Below, piece by piece: positions 1-8,241 of a stretch of 11,859 bases of DNA. Positions within the stretch are counted from its first letter, which is position 1, and every line of letters begins with the position of its first letter. The notes beneath the pieces were generated by a model, which made no database searches, was not told the origin of the DNA, and was given only the letters and a program-made list of their open reading frames with translations. Source of the stretch: a virus. Position numbers and translations under genes: made by a program. Where the stretch lies: the UHGV virus genome UHGV-1565572; one strand, given 5' to 3'.

Positions 1-355
1 GGTCGATAGCCTGACGGATATCACCGCGATCAATCATCGGCAAAGCGCCACGCTCCTTAATCTGCTGCAATGCAACAGCATCCTGGCTTTTAGGAGAGAA
101 GTCTTTCAGGCCAAGCTGCTTACGGTAGGCGTCCCACCAACGGGAAAGAAGCTGGTAACGTCCGGCAGCTGTTGATTTGAGTTTGGGGTTTAGCGTGACA
201 AGTTTGCGAGGGTGATCTGAGTAATCAGTGAATAGCTCTCCGCCAACAATGACGTCATAACCATGATTTCTGGTTTTCTGACGTCCGTTATCAGTTCCCT
301 CTGACCACGCCAGCATATCGAGGAACGCCTTACGTTGATTATTGATTTCCACCAT
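1..355 (-). CDS. R: Endolysin R (lambda R-type lytic transglycosylase); only the N-terminal ~118 codons are in the window, the 3' end runs off the window edge
   Basis: Reverse translation from the ATG at 353-355 reads [24 protein letters not shown]..., which matches recalled lambda R. The start overlaps the end of S as in lambda. Confidence 0.9.
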   Translation of the reverse strand, partial: MVEINNQRKAFLDMLAWSEGTDNGRQKTRNHGYDVIVGGELFTDYSDHPRKLVTLNPKLKSTAAGRYQLLSRWWDAYRKQLGLKDFSPKSQDAVALQQIKERGALPMIDRGDIRQAID

Positions 356-662
356 CTTCTACTCCGGCTTTTTTAGCAGCGAAGCGTTTGATAAGCGAAC
401 CAATCGAGTCAGTACCGATGTAGCCGATGAACACGCTCGTTATATAAGCGAGATTGCTACTTAGTCCGGCGAAGTCGAGAAGGTCACGAATGAACCAGGC
501 GATAATGGCGCACATCGTTGCGTCGATTACTGTTTTTGTAAACGCACCGCCATTATATCTGCCGCGAAGGTACGCCATTGCAAACGCAAGGATTGCCCCG
601 ATGCCTTGTTCCTTTGCCGCGAGAATGGCGGCTAACAGGTCATGTTTTTCTGGCATCTTCAT
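339..662 (-). CDS. S: Holin S (class I holin) with the dual-start motif Met1-Lys2-Met3
   Basis: The 107-aa [25 protein letters not shown]... is essentially recalled lambda S. ATG codons sit at 660-662 and 654-656, and the upstream sequence is GGGGGTAAGAC-ATGAAGATG as in lambda. Confidence 0.95.
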   Translation of the reverse strand: MKMPEKHDLLAAILAAKEQGIGAILAFAMAYLRGRYNGGAFTKTVIDATMCAIIAWFIRDLLDFAGLSSNLAYITSVFIGYIGTDSIGSLIKRFAAKKAGVEDGGNQ

Positions 663-1083
663 GTCTTACCCCCAATAAGGGGATTTGCTCTATTTAATTA
701 GGAATAAGGTCGATTACTGATAGAACAAATCCAGGCTACTGTGTTTAGTAATCAGATTTGTTCGTGACCGATATGCACGGGCAAAACGGCAGGAGGTTGT
801 TAGCGCAACTTCTTGCCACCCGCTTTCACGAAGGTCATGTGTAGAAGGCCGCAGCGTAACTATCACTGATGAGTTCAGGATAGCCAGTGGCTACGGCTCA
901 GTTTGGGTTGTGCTGTTGCTGGGCGGCGATGACGCCTGTACGCATTTGGTGATCCGGTTCTGCTTCCGGCATTCGCTTAATTCAGCACAAAAGGAAGAGC
1001 GCTAGTCTACCTCTATCGATTAACGGGCTTGTGGGGCAGTATCGCCGATTCACCTAACGCTCTTCCCTTTGTGATTGTAACGC

Positions 1084-1112
1084 AAAAAGCCCCGAGCTAT
1101 TAACTCAGGGCT
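1084..1112 (-). terminator. Intrinsic terminator in the late leader (tR'-like)
   Basis: On the minus strand a 9-bp stem (AGCCCUGAG / CUCGGGGCU, one G-U pair) with a 7-nt loop is followed by UUUUU. It lies about 55 nt downstream of the pR' -10. Confidence 0.6.
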
Positions 1113-1147
1113 TTATTTAACGAGTGCATTTATCCATCGTTGGGTCA

Positions 1148-1176
1148 AATTTACCCAACTTTATTCAAAAAGTCAA
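1148..1176 (-). promoter_or_regulatory. Late promoter pR' with adjacent Q-utilisation region
   Basis: On the minus strand TTGACT (1171-1176), a 17-bp spacer and TAAATT (1148-1153), followed by TGACCCAACGATGG, which matches the recalled lambda pR' early transcribed region. It lies directly downstream of Q. Confidence 0.8.
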
Positions 1177-1218
1177 TATCATGCCGTTAATATGTTGCCA
1201 TCCGTGGCAATCATGCTG

Positions 1219-1842
1219 CTAACGTGTGACCGCATTCAAAATGTTGTCTGCGATTGACTCTTCTTTGTGGCATTGCACCACCAGAGCGTCATACAGAGGC
1301 TTAACAGTGCGTGACCAGGTGGGTTGAGTAAGGTTTGGGATTAGCATCGTCACAGCGCGATATGCGGCGCTTGCTGGCATTCTTGAATAGCCGACACCTT
1401 TGCATCTTCCGCACTCTTTCTCAACAACTCTCCCCCACTGCTCCGTTTTGGCAATATCAACCGCCCGACCTGTACCGTGGCAATCTCTGCATCTTGCGCC
1501 CGGCGTCGCGGCACTACGGCAATAATCCGCATAAGCGAATGTTGCGAGCACTTGCAGTACCTTTGCCTTAGTATTTCCTTCAAGCTTTGCCACACCACGG
1601 TATTTCCCCGATACCTTGTGTGCAAATTGCATCAGATAGTTGATAGCCTTTTGTTTGTCGTTCTGGCTGAGTTCATGCTTACCGCAGAATGCAGCCATAC
1701 CGAATCCGGCTTGTGATTGCGCCATCCCCATAGCAGCCATCACATCAGTACCGGAAAGAGAGTCAGAAGCCGTGGCCCGTGGTGAGTCACTCATCATCGG
1801 GCTTTTTGGCGAATGAAATTTAGCTACGCTTTCGAGTCTCAT
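1219..1842 (-). CDS. Q: Late-gene antiterminator Q
   Basis: 207 aa, [28 protein letters not shown]...; near-identical to recalled lambda Q in length and sequence. The start forms an ATGA overlap with the upstream phosphatase stop. Confidence 0.95.
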   Translation of the reverse strand: MRLESVAKFHSPKSPMMSDSPRATASDSLSGTDVMAAMGMAQSQAGFGMAAFCGKHELSQNDKQKAINYLMQFAHKVSGKYRGVAKLEGNTKAKVLQVLATFAYADYCRSAATPGARCRDCHGTGRAVDIAKTEQWGRVVEKECGRCKGVGYSRMPASAAYRAVTMLIPNLTQPTWSRTVKPLYDALVVQCHKEESIADNILNAVTR

Positions 1843-2504
1843 GCGCCTTCTCCCTGTACCTGAATCAATGTGAGGTTTCCGCAGAACACTGCGCCGGTAT
1901 CGATATACATCTGGTTGGCAAATTTGAGTGGTTTCACTGCTGGCGTATGACCAAAGATGAACGTGTCCGCGCCTTTGATTTCTTTCACGATCCCGTCTTG
2001 TGAGTTGCTGATTCGTTCGCGGTTCCAGATTACCTGCTGATGATCAACTGGCTTTCCAAACTCGTATTCGTCACAAGGATAATCGGCGTGGCAGATGACA
2101 TATTTTTTATCTTTACTCACCAGTTCGATGATTAACGGAAGTTCATCTGCTTTATGGGCAAGAGCTTTAGCCAGAATTTCTTTGTCGTAATCGAGATTAA
2201 AGAACCAGCCACCGCCATTAAGCAGCCAGTGATTGACGTTTCCGCGCTCTGATAAGCCATCAATCATCATTTGCTCATGGTTTCCACGTACAGCTCTGAA
2301 CCAGGGGAATGTGATTAATTCCAGGCATTCAACGTTCTCTGTACCGCGATCGACCAAATCGCCAACCGAGATAAGAAGGTCTTTTTTGGTGTCGAATCCT
2401 ATCGTCTCCAGTTTTTTCATCAGGTTCGTGTAGCATCCGTGCAGATCGCCAACTACCCAAATATTTCGGTATTTGCTGCCATCAATTTTTTCGTAATAGC
2501 GCAT
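1839..2504 (-). CDS. ninI: Ser/Thr protein phosphatase (lambda PPase / NinI, calcineurin-like metallophosphatase)
   Basis: 221 aa from the ATG at 2502-2504 ([24 protein letters not shown]...), with the GDLHG, GDLVDRG and GNHE metallophosphatase motifs. A GGAG RBS precedes this ATG; the longer 246-aa ORF in the track is an upstream extension. Confidence 0.9.
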   Translation of the reverse strand: MRYYEKIDGSKYRNIWVVGDLHGCYTNLMKKLETIGFDTKKDLLISVGDLVDRGTENVECLELITFPWFRAVRGNHEQMMIDGLSERGNVNHWLLNGGGWFFNLDYDKEILAKALAHKADELPLIIELVSKDKKYVICHADYPCDEYEFGKPVDHQQVIWNRERISNSQDGIVKEIKGADTFIFGHTPAVKPLKFANQMYIDTGAVFCGNLTLIQVQGEGA

Positions 2505-2688
2505 CTCTTTCACTCCATCCGCGATGAACCATGAGAACGTCGTTGACGATGGCGTGCATTTTCCCGTCTTTATCATCAACGTATTTTCTGACCGTACCGC
2601 GACTACATTTCAGTCTGCGTGCTACTTCTGTCTGGTTTCCGTATGCTTCAACGAGCATGTCTGGAATGGTTTTTACTGAGAACGTCAT
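2482..2688 (-). CDS. ninH: NinH
   Basis: 68 aa, [36 protein letters not shown]...; matches recalled lambda NinH. ATGA overlap with the ninG stop. Confidence 0.85.
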   Translation of the reverse strand: MTFSVKTIPDMLVEAYGNQTEVARRLKCSRGTVRKYVDDKDGKMHAIVNDVLMVHRGWSERDALLRKN

Positions 2689-3296
2689 GCGGCCTCACTT
2701 CTGCTATTTCGCAGGTCTTTGAGTTTCTGTTGGTACTCTGCCTTGATCGCCTTGCACTCTTCGACAGTCCAGCGATGGCGGCTATGGTTTGATTCGATTT
2801 CGTCTACTGCTTCCTGCCCGATGCGGTTAATCAGTTCGACGCGATACGGAACGAGATTTCCGCTTTTGTGCTGGTTGCACACCACGCATTGCTTGTGAAT
2901 ATTGCGTTCATCAAATCGGAGTTGAGGTGCCGCAGCAGTTGTCCGGTAATGTCCGGCATCCCACTGAGCAGACGTGAGCGTTCCGCACGAGATACATGGT
3001 AAGTCGCGGTCTCTTTCTCTGATGAAGGCGTTTACAGCTTGTTGGGCTTGTTTAATCCAGTAACTGCGGGGCTTTAAGGCGAGTTTTCGAATCTTCAGTT
3101 TATCTTTCTGTTTCTGCTCCTCTCGTCGTCGTTTCTTCTCTGCTGCTTTTTCCGCTTTTTCGCGTTCTTTGCTTCGTCGTTCGAGTGCTATCTTTGTTCC
3201 ACACTCTGGAGAGCACCACCACTGATTAGCGAATGCAGGGTGAAACCATTCCCGACATTCATCGTTTTTACATCGTCTTCGCGCTGGTTTAGCCAT
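2685..3296 (-). CDS. ninG: NinG / Rap recombination endonuclease
   Basis: 203 aa with cysteine clusters (CKNDEC...CSPEC, CISC, CVVC) and a basic KR-rich linker; matches recalled lambda NinG. Confidence 0.9.
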   Translation of the reverse strand: MAKPARRRCKNDECREWFHPAFANQWWCSPECGTKIALERRSKEREKAEKAAEKKRRREEQKQKDKLKIRKLALKPRSYWIKQAQQAVNAFIRERDRDLPCISCGTLTSAQWDAGHYRTTAAAPQLRFDERNIHKQCVVCNQHKSGNLVPYRVELINRIGQEAVDEIESNHSRHRWTVEECKAIKAEYQQKLKDLRNSRSEAA

Positions 3297-3465
3297 CGTC
3301 TTCTTCCTCGTACATTGAGCTATTCGGATCGCTCATCAGTTCTGCGCAACAGTGCTCACATACGTGAACTTCCAGCACATGCAGCTTCTGACCGCAGTTA
3401 GCGCACGTTAAAGCTCGCTCGACGCTTTCTTTCTGGTATTGAAGGGATTGGGATGGGCTAAGCAT
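3289..3465 (-). CDS. ninF: NinF (58 aa; below the ORF-track length cutoff)
   Basis: Manual minus-strand translation from the ATG at 3463-3465: [58 protein letters not shown]. Its stop overlaps the ninG start. Confidence 0.8.
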   Translation of the reverse strand: MLSPSQSLQYQKESVERALTCANCGQKLHVLEVHVCEHCCAELMSDPNSSMYEEEDDG

Positions 3466-3811
3466 TATTGGCGTCCTGCATCATGAGAAAGACAATCATG
3501 GCAGCGCGGAGTGGGTTTTCATCTTGAGTCATATGATATGGGGTACTATCACTGCCAACTTTTCTATGCGCTGCCTTCCATAATCCATTTTCTGGCGCAG
3601 GAATAATGCCAATTCTGTTCTCTACGATAATAGGCTCTGCATCTTCAGGATTATTGCAGTAGTCGTACCATCGATAATTACCATTTGATTCATTGCCGAC
3701 AGACCGTCCATCTGCGTTGTGCGGATAACCTAATGGTTTTGCCCCAACTATCGCTTTAAATACTCGCTTGTTAATTTCAAAATCACTTAACTGTGAATAA
3801 TCCATTGTCAT
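3458..3811 (-). CDS. Conserved nin-region protein of unknown function, NinX-like by position (between ninE and ninF as in P22)
   Basis: 117 aa from the ATG at 3809-3811 ([35 protein letters not shown]...). ATGA overlap with the ninE stop, and a GAGGA upstream. The family assignment is from memory. Confidence 0.6.
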   Translation of the reverse strand: MTMDYSQLSDFEINKRVFKAIVGAKPLGYPHNADGRSVGNESNGNYRWYDYCNNPEDAEPIIVENRIGIIPAPENGLWKAAHRKVGSDSTPYHMTQDENPLRAAMIVFLMMQDANNA

Positions 3812-3984
3812 TTCCTCGCACGATGTCTTAGCCACCGGATATCCCACAGGTGAGCCGTGTAGTTGAAGGTTTTTACGTCAGATTCTTTTGGGATTGGCTT
3901 GCGTTTATTTCTGGAGCGTTTCGTTGGAAGGTATTTGCAGTTTTCGCAGATTATGTCGGTGATACTTCGTCGCTGTCGTCTCAT
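3808..3984 (-). CDS. ninE: NinE
   Basis: 58 aa from the ATG at 3982-3984 ([52 protein letters not shown]...), with an AGGAGGG RBS; matches recalled lambda NinE. The longer 88-aa track ORF is an upstream extension. Confidence 0.85.
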   Translation of the reverse strand: MRRQRRSITDIICENCKYLPTKRSRNKRKPIPKESDVKTFNYTAHLWDIRWLRHRARK

Positions 3985-4506
3985 GCCGCCCTCCTGACGC
4001 CCTGCCCGATCGCCATCAATGCCGCTTTGGATACGGTAGTAAACATCCGTCGAGGACTGATGAACGGTCGCCAAATCAGCAGCATGGAGCCTTTGCTGTT
4101 TCCCTTCTTCTCCAACCCTGTCGATGGTTCGATAAAATTAATCCGTCCATCAGTGATAATGCGAACTTCGTCGACACTCTCCAGCCTTGCTGAACCATCC
4201 GACTGACATATCCTCTGGCACAAGCATAACTACCGTCTGTCGCTGTTGTATGCACTGCTCAGCGGCTTTTTCCACCCACGGCCTGATATTGCTGTACGGT
4301 GGGTTATTCCAGATTGCACCGTGGCTTATCCACTCAGAATTTAGCGCGTCGTCGGCCTCAGTTAACCAGTGAGCGCACAGAGCATTTTTGTCGCTCGCTG
4401 CCGAATCCAGCCAGAATCCAAACTCAATATCCAGTGCATCAAAAAGCCAAAGCGGCGTTTGCCAGCAGTCCTTGTCGTGTGCTGGCGTATTTGATTTGAT
4501 AGTCAT
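3981..4506 (-). pseudogene. Phage Dam-like DNA N6-adenine methyltransferase, split by a +1 frameshift near 4150-4223
   Basis: The N-terminal frame (4506 to a stop at 4150) reads MTIKSNTPAHDKDCWQTPLWLFDALD...WNNPPYS...MLVPEDMSVGWFSKAGECRRSSHYH*. The C-terminal frame (about 4223 to a stop at 3981) reads ...[44 protein letters not shown]...GQGVRRAA*. The N-terminal start is ATGA-coupled to ninB and the C-terminal stop is ATGA-coupled to ninE. The NPPY motif marks an amino-methyltransferase. Confidence 0.7.
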
Positions 4507-4943
4507 GCAGCCCGATCTCCCCATCGCGCTTTCCATTCGAGAGCCAGTCGTGCTTCGTCTGACCACTTAACGCCACGCTCTGTACCGAATGCCTGTATAA
4601 GCTCTAATAGCTCCGCAAATTCGTTTACACGCATCCTGCTGGTTGACTGGCCTATTACCACAAAGCCATTCCCGGCAAGGTTAGGAACAACATCCTGCTG
4701 CTTTAATGCTGCGGTAAACACACACTTCCAGCTTTCTGCATCCAGCCAGCGACCATGCCATTCAACCTGACGAGAGACGTCACCAAGGCAAGCCCAAAGC
4801 TTTCGATTCTGGTCTAAGCTGCGGTTGCGTTCCTGAATGGTTACTACGATTGGTTTGGTTGGGTCTGGAAGAATTTGCTGTATCGCGTGAATAGCGTTTT
4901 GCTGATGAATGGGGCTTCTTAGTTCAAACGTTAGTTTCCTCAT
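4503..4943 (-). CDS. ninB: NinB (Orf recombination mediator family)
   Basis: 146 aa, MRKLTFELRSPIHQQNAIHAIQQILPDPTKPIVVTIQERNRSLDQNRKLWA...; matches recalled lambda NinB in length and sequence. Confidence 0.9.
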   Translation of the reverse strand: MRKLTFELRSPIHQQNAIHAIQQILPDPTKPIVVTIQERNRSLDQNRKLWACLGDVSRQVEWHGRWLDAESWKCVFTAALKQQDVVPNLAGNGFVVIGQSTSRMRVNEFAELLELIQAFGTERGVKWSDEARLALEWKARWGDRAA

Positions 4944-5178
4944 GGCTCACCTTCTGCACGCATGGATTAATTAACGCCAAAATAGCTTCTGGTTTCTCAA
5001 TAACATCGAACCGCTCACCACTTGCCATTCTTACAATCGTAAATCCGGCATCAAATAGGGTTTCGATGTTGTCAGAGTTAACGTACAAGGGCTCATATGC
5101 ACTTCTGGTGCTTTCTATCGCGCTTGTGCTTGGTGGCTGATAGATGCTGCATCGCATGGTTAATTTGATAAATGACAT
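4924..5178 (-). CDS. Hypothetical protein (84 aa) immediately upstream of ninB
   Basis: ATG at 5176-5178 preceded by an AGGAG RBS; its stop overlaps the ninB start. I do not recognise the family. Confidence 0.5.
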   Translation of the reverse strand: MSFIKLTMRCSIYQPPSTSAIESTRSAYEPLYVNSDNIETLFDAGFTIVRMASGERFDVIEKPEAILALINPCVQKVSHEETNV

Positions 5179-5435
5179 ATACTCACTCCTTCACTTTGAT
5201 TCCAGCGGCGCGGATGGCGTCAGCGCAATAATCGATAGCGCAGTTGTGTCCTTTGTCGAAATCATCCTCAGCCATCACTTTGTCATCGAGTTTTATCTCG
5301 ATAGCTGCGCGAGACTTAACTCATGACTGCCAGGCAATCATCTTGATGGCCTGAACGTGAAGTTCTTCGCTGCTGTTAATAGACTCGAACTCTTCACCAA
5401 ACCACTCCAAAAACTGCTTTCTTGATTCGTCCATA

Positions 5436-5651
5436 TCAATCCCCGTTAGTCGTTTCACTCACGAATCTGACAAAACCAGCCATGTTAATTTGCATGAGTT
5501 TTTTCAACACTTTGTCTCGCCGGCTACGTTTTGGTTTTGGCCTGTGGTTGAATCTTTCACAAACTGGAAGGTTTGATGATTTCCAGTACCTATTACGCCT
5601 TGCTCCATCTTCCGCCATATCGGCATGAATAAGGTCTGCGAGTGTGCTCAT
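5436..5651 (-). CDS. Hypothetical basic protein (71 aa from the ATG)
   Basis: ATG at 5649-5651 with GGAGAGG five nt upstream; the track ORF starts two codons earlier at a GTG. It contains a basic stretch RPKPKRSRRDK. Function unknown. Confidence 0.45.
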   Translation of the reverse strand: MSTLADLIHADMAEDGARRNRYWKSSNLPVCERFNHRPKPKRSRRDKVLKKLMQINMAGFVRFVSETTNGD

Positions 5652-5665
5652 ATTCACCTCTCCAG

Positions 5666-5848
5666 TTACATTGGTTTTGTAATGTTGCTAGTCATCTTGC
5701 GAATAAAAAGATGCGTACGTAGCTTTGCTTCCCACATGTAAATCTCCTCAAGGCGAGATAAATCTACGAATACCGGACCTTTGTAATCTGGTCTTGATGC
5801 CCTTATGTATGAGCTAATAGTTTGTGCATCTTGCTCGTCAAGATTCAT
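5666..5848 (-). CDS. Hypothetical protein (60 aa) just downstream of the tR2-like terminator
   Basis: ATG at 5846-5848 preceded by GGGGGAGAGGG (MNLDEQDAQTISSYIRASRPDYKGPVFVDL...). The longer 128-aa track ORF would run through the terminator and into the helicase gene, so the short form is preferred. Confidence 0.5.
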   Translation of the reverse strand: MNLDEQDAQTISSYIRASRPDYKGPVFVDLSRLEEIYMWEAKLRTHLFIRKMTSNITKPM

Positions 5849-5864
5849 GAATTCCCTCTCCCCC

Positions 5865-5896
5865 AAATAAAAAGGCCTGCGATTACCAGCAGGCCT
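5865..5896 (-). terminator. Intrinsic terminator downstream of the helicase gene (tR2-like position)
   Basis: On the minus strand a perfect 8-bp GC-rich stem (AGGCCUGC / GCAGGCCU) with an 8-nt loop is followed by UUUUAUUU. It sits between the replication genes and the nin region, where lambda has tR2. Confidence 0.65.
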
Positions 5897-5924
5897 GTTA
5901 TTAGCTCTGTGATGTAGATGGTCA

Positions 5925-7361
5925 TCAGAATCCTCCTTTCTTCTTGGACTGCGGTTCCTCGCGTTCACGGCGGCGCATTTCAGCAGACTGTTGGTCTGTG
6001 TCATAAATAGCGCCATTTGCCTGAATGCAATACACCGTGCCGGTATTGCCATGACGATTGAGACGAAGGATTAGTTCGGTTTCACCAGGCGGAACGCTGT
6101 CATCAAAAGCACCTTCACGATGGATCCCCACCCAATAATCGCAATCCTGTTCAATCTGCCCTGTATCGCGCGAGTCACTTGGTAATGGGCGTTTATTGGT
6201 TCGGCTTTCCAGTGCGCGGTTAAGCTGCGTCAGAAGCACAACAACGCAATCAAGCTCTTTGGCAAGGTTCTTCAGTCCTTTGGTGATCATGCCGTAAGCA
6301 AGGTCGTTACGATCGGCTTTCTCAGCGGTCATTAGTGTCAGGTAATCGACCAGAATCATCCCAACACATCCTTTTTCTCGCTTGATTCGACGGCTTTCGC
6401 TGACGATTTGAGCCAGAGATAATCCCGGCGTGTCGTCGATGTAAAGCAGGTCGATTTCACTCAAGCGATTGGCTGTTTCGATCGCCCTGTTGAAGTCACC
6501 ATCGTAATCACCCTGATAGCCGTCATCAGCGTCATTTGTCGCCGGAAGGTAAAAAATATTCGGGTTAACACCAGACTTCTGCCCTACCAGTTTTTCCAGT
6601 ATCTGATCACCTGGCATTTCAAGGCTGAACATCAGAGCGGGCTTTTTCTCATGCACTGCGCAGTTGATTGCCATCTGGCTGTATAGCGTCGTTTTCCCCA
6701 TCTTAGGGCGAGCGCCAATGACAAACAGAGAGCCTTTCACCAGGCCTTTCGGTGACAGCATCCTGTCCAGCGATGGGATCCCTGTGCTCATTCCTCGTTG
6801 TTCGCCTGACGGGTCAAATCGCTTCTCAAGGTCGCTAACCCAGTCTTCCATGACCTCACCAAATGAGCGAAGGCCGCGACGCGATCCGGTTTTTGCATGG
6901 TCTGTCAGTTGCGTGAAAATCGACTGAATAGCTTCGTACTTCTGCGTTGCAGTCATTCCGTTGCGGGAATAGAGCAATTCCGTCGCTTCAGTCATGCGGT
7001 TGATGGCGTAGCGTTCCATTGCGGTTTCGCAAACCTGCATTGCATAAGCAACGATGTTTGCTGCGCTTGGCGTGTTCTTTGCGATCTCAGCGATATAAGC
7101 AAAACCGCCAACAGACACCGTTAACGATTTACGCTCCAGTTCATCGAAAAGCGTCAGGCCATCTACTGGCTTTTGCTCACGGTGCATTCTGGTTATTTCT
7201 TCGAAAATGATTTTGTGTGGTCGGCTGTAAAATGAATCAGGCTTCAGCATCGCCAGGACTTTCTGGACGCGCTCACTGCTGTCATCATCCAGAAGCAATC
7301 CACCAATCACCGCCTGCTCTGCCTCGATGCTATGGGGCGGCGCATAAAAATTATCGGTCAT
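5925..7361 (-). CDS. Replicative DNA helicase, DnaB family (phage-encoded, P22 gene 12-like)
   Basis: 478 aa from the ATG at 7359-7361. Walker A GARPKMGKTT, a DnaB-like N-terminal domain (SIEAEQAVIGGLLLD) and a RecA-like C-terminal domain. Its start overlaps the 3' end of the O-like gene. Confidence 0.9.
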   Translation of the reverse strand: MTDNFYAPPHSIEAEQAVIGGLLLDDDSSERVQKVLAMLKPDSFYSRPHKIIFEEITRMHREQKPVDGLTLFDELERKSLTVSVGGFAYIAEIAKNTPSAANIVAYAMQVCETAMERYAINRMTEATELLYSRNGMTATQKYEAIQSIFTQLTDHAKTGSRRGLRSFGEVMEDWVSDLEKRFDPSGEQRGMSTGIPSLDRMLSPKGLVKGSLFVIGARPKMGKTTLYSQMAINCAVHEKKPALMFSLEMPGDQILEKLVGQKSGVNPNIFYLPATNDADDGYQGDYDGDFNRAIETANRLSEIDLLYIDDTPGLSLAQIVSESRRIKREKGCVGMILVDYLTLMTAEKADRNDLAYGMITKGLKNLAKELDCVVVLLTQLNRALESRTNKRPLPSDSRDTGQIEQDCDYWVGIHREGAFDDSVPPGETELILRLNRHGNTGTVYCIQANGAIYDTDQQSAEMRRREREEPQSKKKGGF

Positions 7362-8241
7362 CGTGTTCACCCTCACGAACTTTCAGGTAGGTATTATCGT
7401 TAAGCAGGAAATCAAATCCCTTTTTGTGCCAGACGGTTCCGCGTTGATGGTTTGGACGCTCTTCGAACATCCATCGGCAATTTTCGCCTACGTAGCTCAA
7501 ATAATTTCTCCAGTCCTGCATCGTGAACCCATGCCCGTCAAGCTGGCGGGTTATCACTCCGGCTTTGCGCCAGAACGTTCGGATCTGGTTTTTACGCTTG
7601 TCATTCAGTGCGCGGATTTTTGGCGCTTCAGGAAGGATTTCGTGGTAAGCATCGACAACATCCTGACAGCTAACGGAAGGTTTTTTCTTGTCAGACTTTT
7701 TGTCTGCTGTGGCACTCTCTAATACGTCAGTATTAGAGATATTATTTATATTATTGTTTATGGACAACCGTTGGACAGCCGTTGGACAATCTCCGCTGAG
7801 AGCCGCGCCATTACTGGTGTTTGCGTTGGACAACCGTTGGACAACCGTTGGACAATTTTTTGCCTGAAAATCGTCATATTTAACGATTGTAAACAGGCTA
7901 AATTTCTTCCCCATCGAGCAAATATTAAGCATCCCTTTCGACTCAAAAGTCCGTAATAAGCTCCGAACTTTGTTGTCGGGGATGAATGTTTCTCTGACCA
8001 GAGACGGGCGTCCAGTTATCATCTGACCGCGATCAACAGTTATCGGACCGATATCCGTATTGACGACAGTAGATTCGTGATTAGCCTTGAGGATTAAGTG
8101 AAGCCAAAGATGTACTGCCTGAGAGTCCTTATAGAGCCTGCTGTCCATAAACTGGCGGTGTATAGAGACATACCCCATACTGGATGCCTCCTGATGTTGT
8201 ACAGGGTTATGCCTGTAATCAGCTAACTTAACGACGCCCAT
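7351..8241 (-). CDS. Replication initiator protein (lambda O / P22 gp18-like) containing the origin repeats
   Basis: 296 aa from the ATG at 8239-8241 with an AGGAG RBS; an alternative ATG at 8176-8178 also has an RBS. The ori repeats encode a repetitive linker (CPTVVQRLSN...CPTAVQRLS) followed by an Asn/Ile-rich stretch. It sits directly upstream of the helicase. Confidence 0.8.
   Translation of the reverse strand: MGVVKLADYRHNPVQHQEASSMGYVSIHRQFMDSRLYKDSQAVHLWLHLILKANHESTVVNTDIGPITVDRGQMITGRPSLVRETFIPDNKVRSLLRTFESKGMLNICSMGKKFSLFTIVKYDDFQAKNCPTVVQRLSNANTSNGAALSGDCPTAVQRLSINNNINNISNTDVLESATADKKSDKKKPSVSCQDVVDAYHEILPEAPKIRALNDKRKNQIRTFWRKAGVITRQLDGHGFTMQDWRNYLSYVGENCRWMFEERPNHQRGTVWHKKGFDFLLNDNTYLKVREGEHDDR
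7715..7860. repeat. Origin of replication: iteron clusters plus an AT-rich region inside the initiator gene
   Basis: Six copies of CGTTGGACA, as two clusters of three tandem ~11-bp units (7762-7790 and 7824-7856). An AT-rich stretch (7720-7757) lies next to them, with a 9-bp palindrome CTCTAATAC-N4-GTATTAGAG at 7717-7738. Confidence 0.75.

Noticed and set aside
454-678. 74-aa plus-strand ORF antisense to holin S
   Set aside because: It is fully contained within the S coding region on the opposite strand, and nothing supports it independently.
663-1083. Possible tRNA genes between Q and S, as found in some Stx phages
   Set aside because: I found no cloverleaf-compatible sequence. The segment looks like the lambda noncoding late leader.
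1335-1716. Three overlapping ORFs (78, 91 and 79 aa) inside and antisense to Q
   Set aside because: They are embedded in the Q coding sequence. Q is supported by full-length identity to recalled lambda Q.
1839-2579. 246-aa version of the phosphatase ORF with an N-terminal extension (MMIKTGKC...)
   Set aside because: The extension overlaps ninH and has no RBS. The internal ATG at 2504 has a GGAG RBS and gives the 221-aa lambda-length protein.
3850-4372. Plus-strand ORFs of 118 and 61 aa antisense to ninE and the methyltransferase
   Set aside because: They are antisense to well-supported, translationally coupled minus-strand genes and have no RBS. They are probably frame shadows.
5666-6052. 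128-aa minus-strand ORF spanning the end of the helicase gene and the terminator
   Set aside because: Its 5' two-thirds overlap the helicase coding region in another frame and it runs through the terminator hairpin. Only the 60-aa portion from the ATG at 5848 has an RBS.
7758-7956. Overlapping 62-aa and 61-aa ORFs on both strands, and a CRISPR-like look to the tandem repeats
   Set aside because: They sit entirely within the ori iteron region of the initiator gene. The repeats are ~11-bp contiguous iterons with no unique spacers, so the ORFs are repeat artefacts and this is not a CRISPR array.
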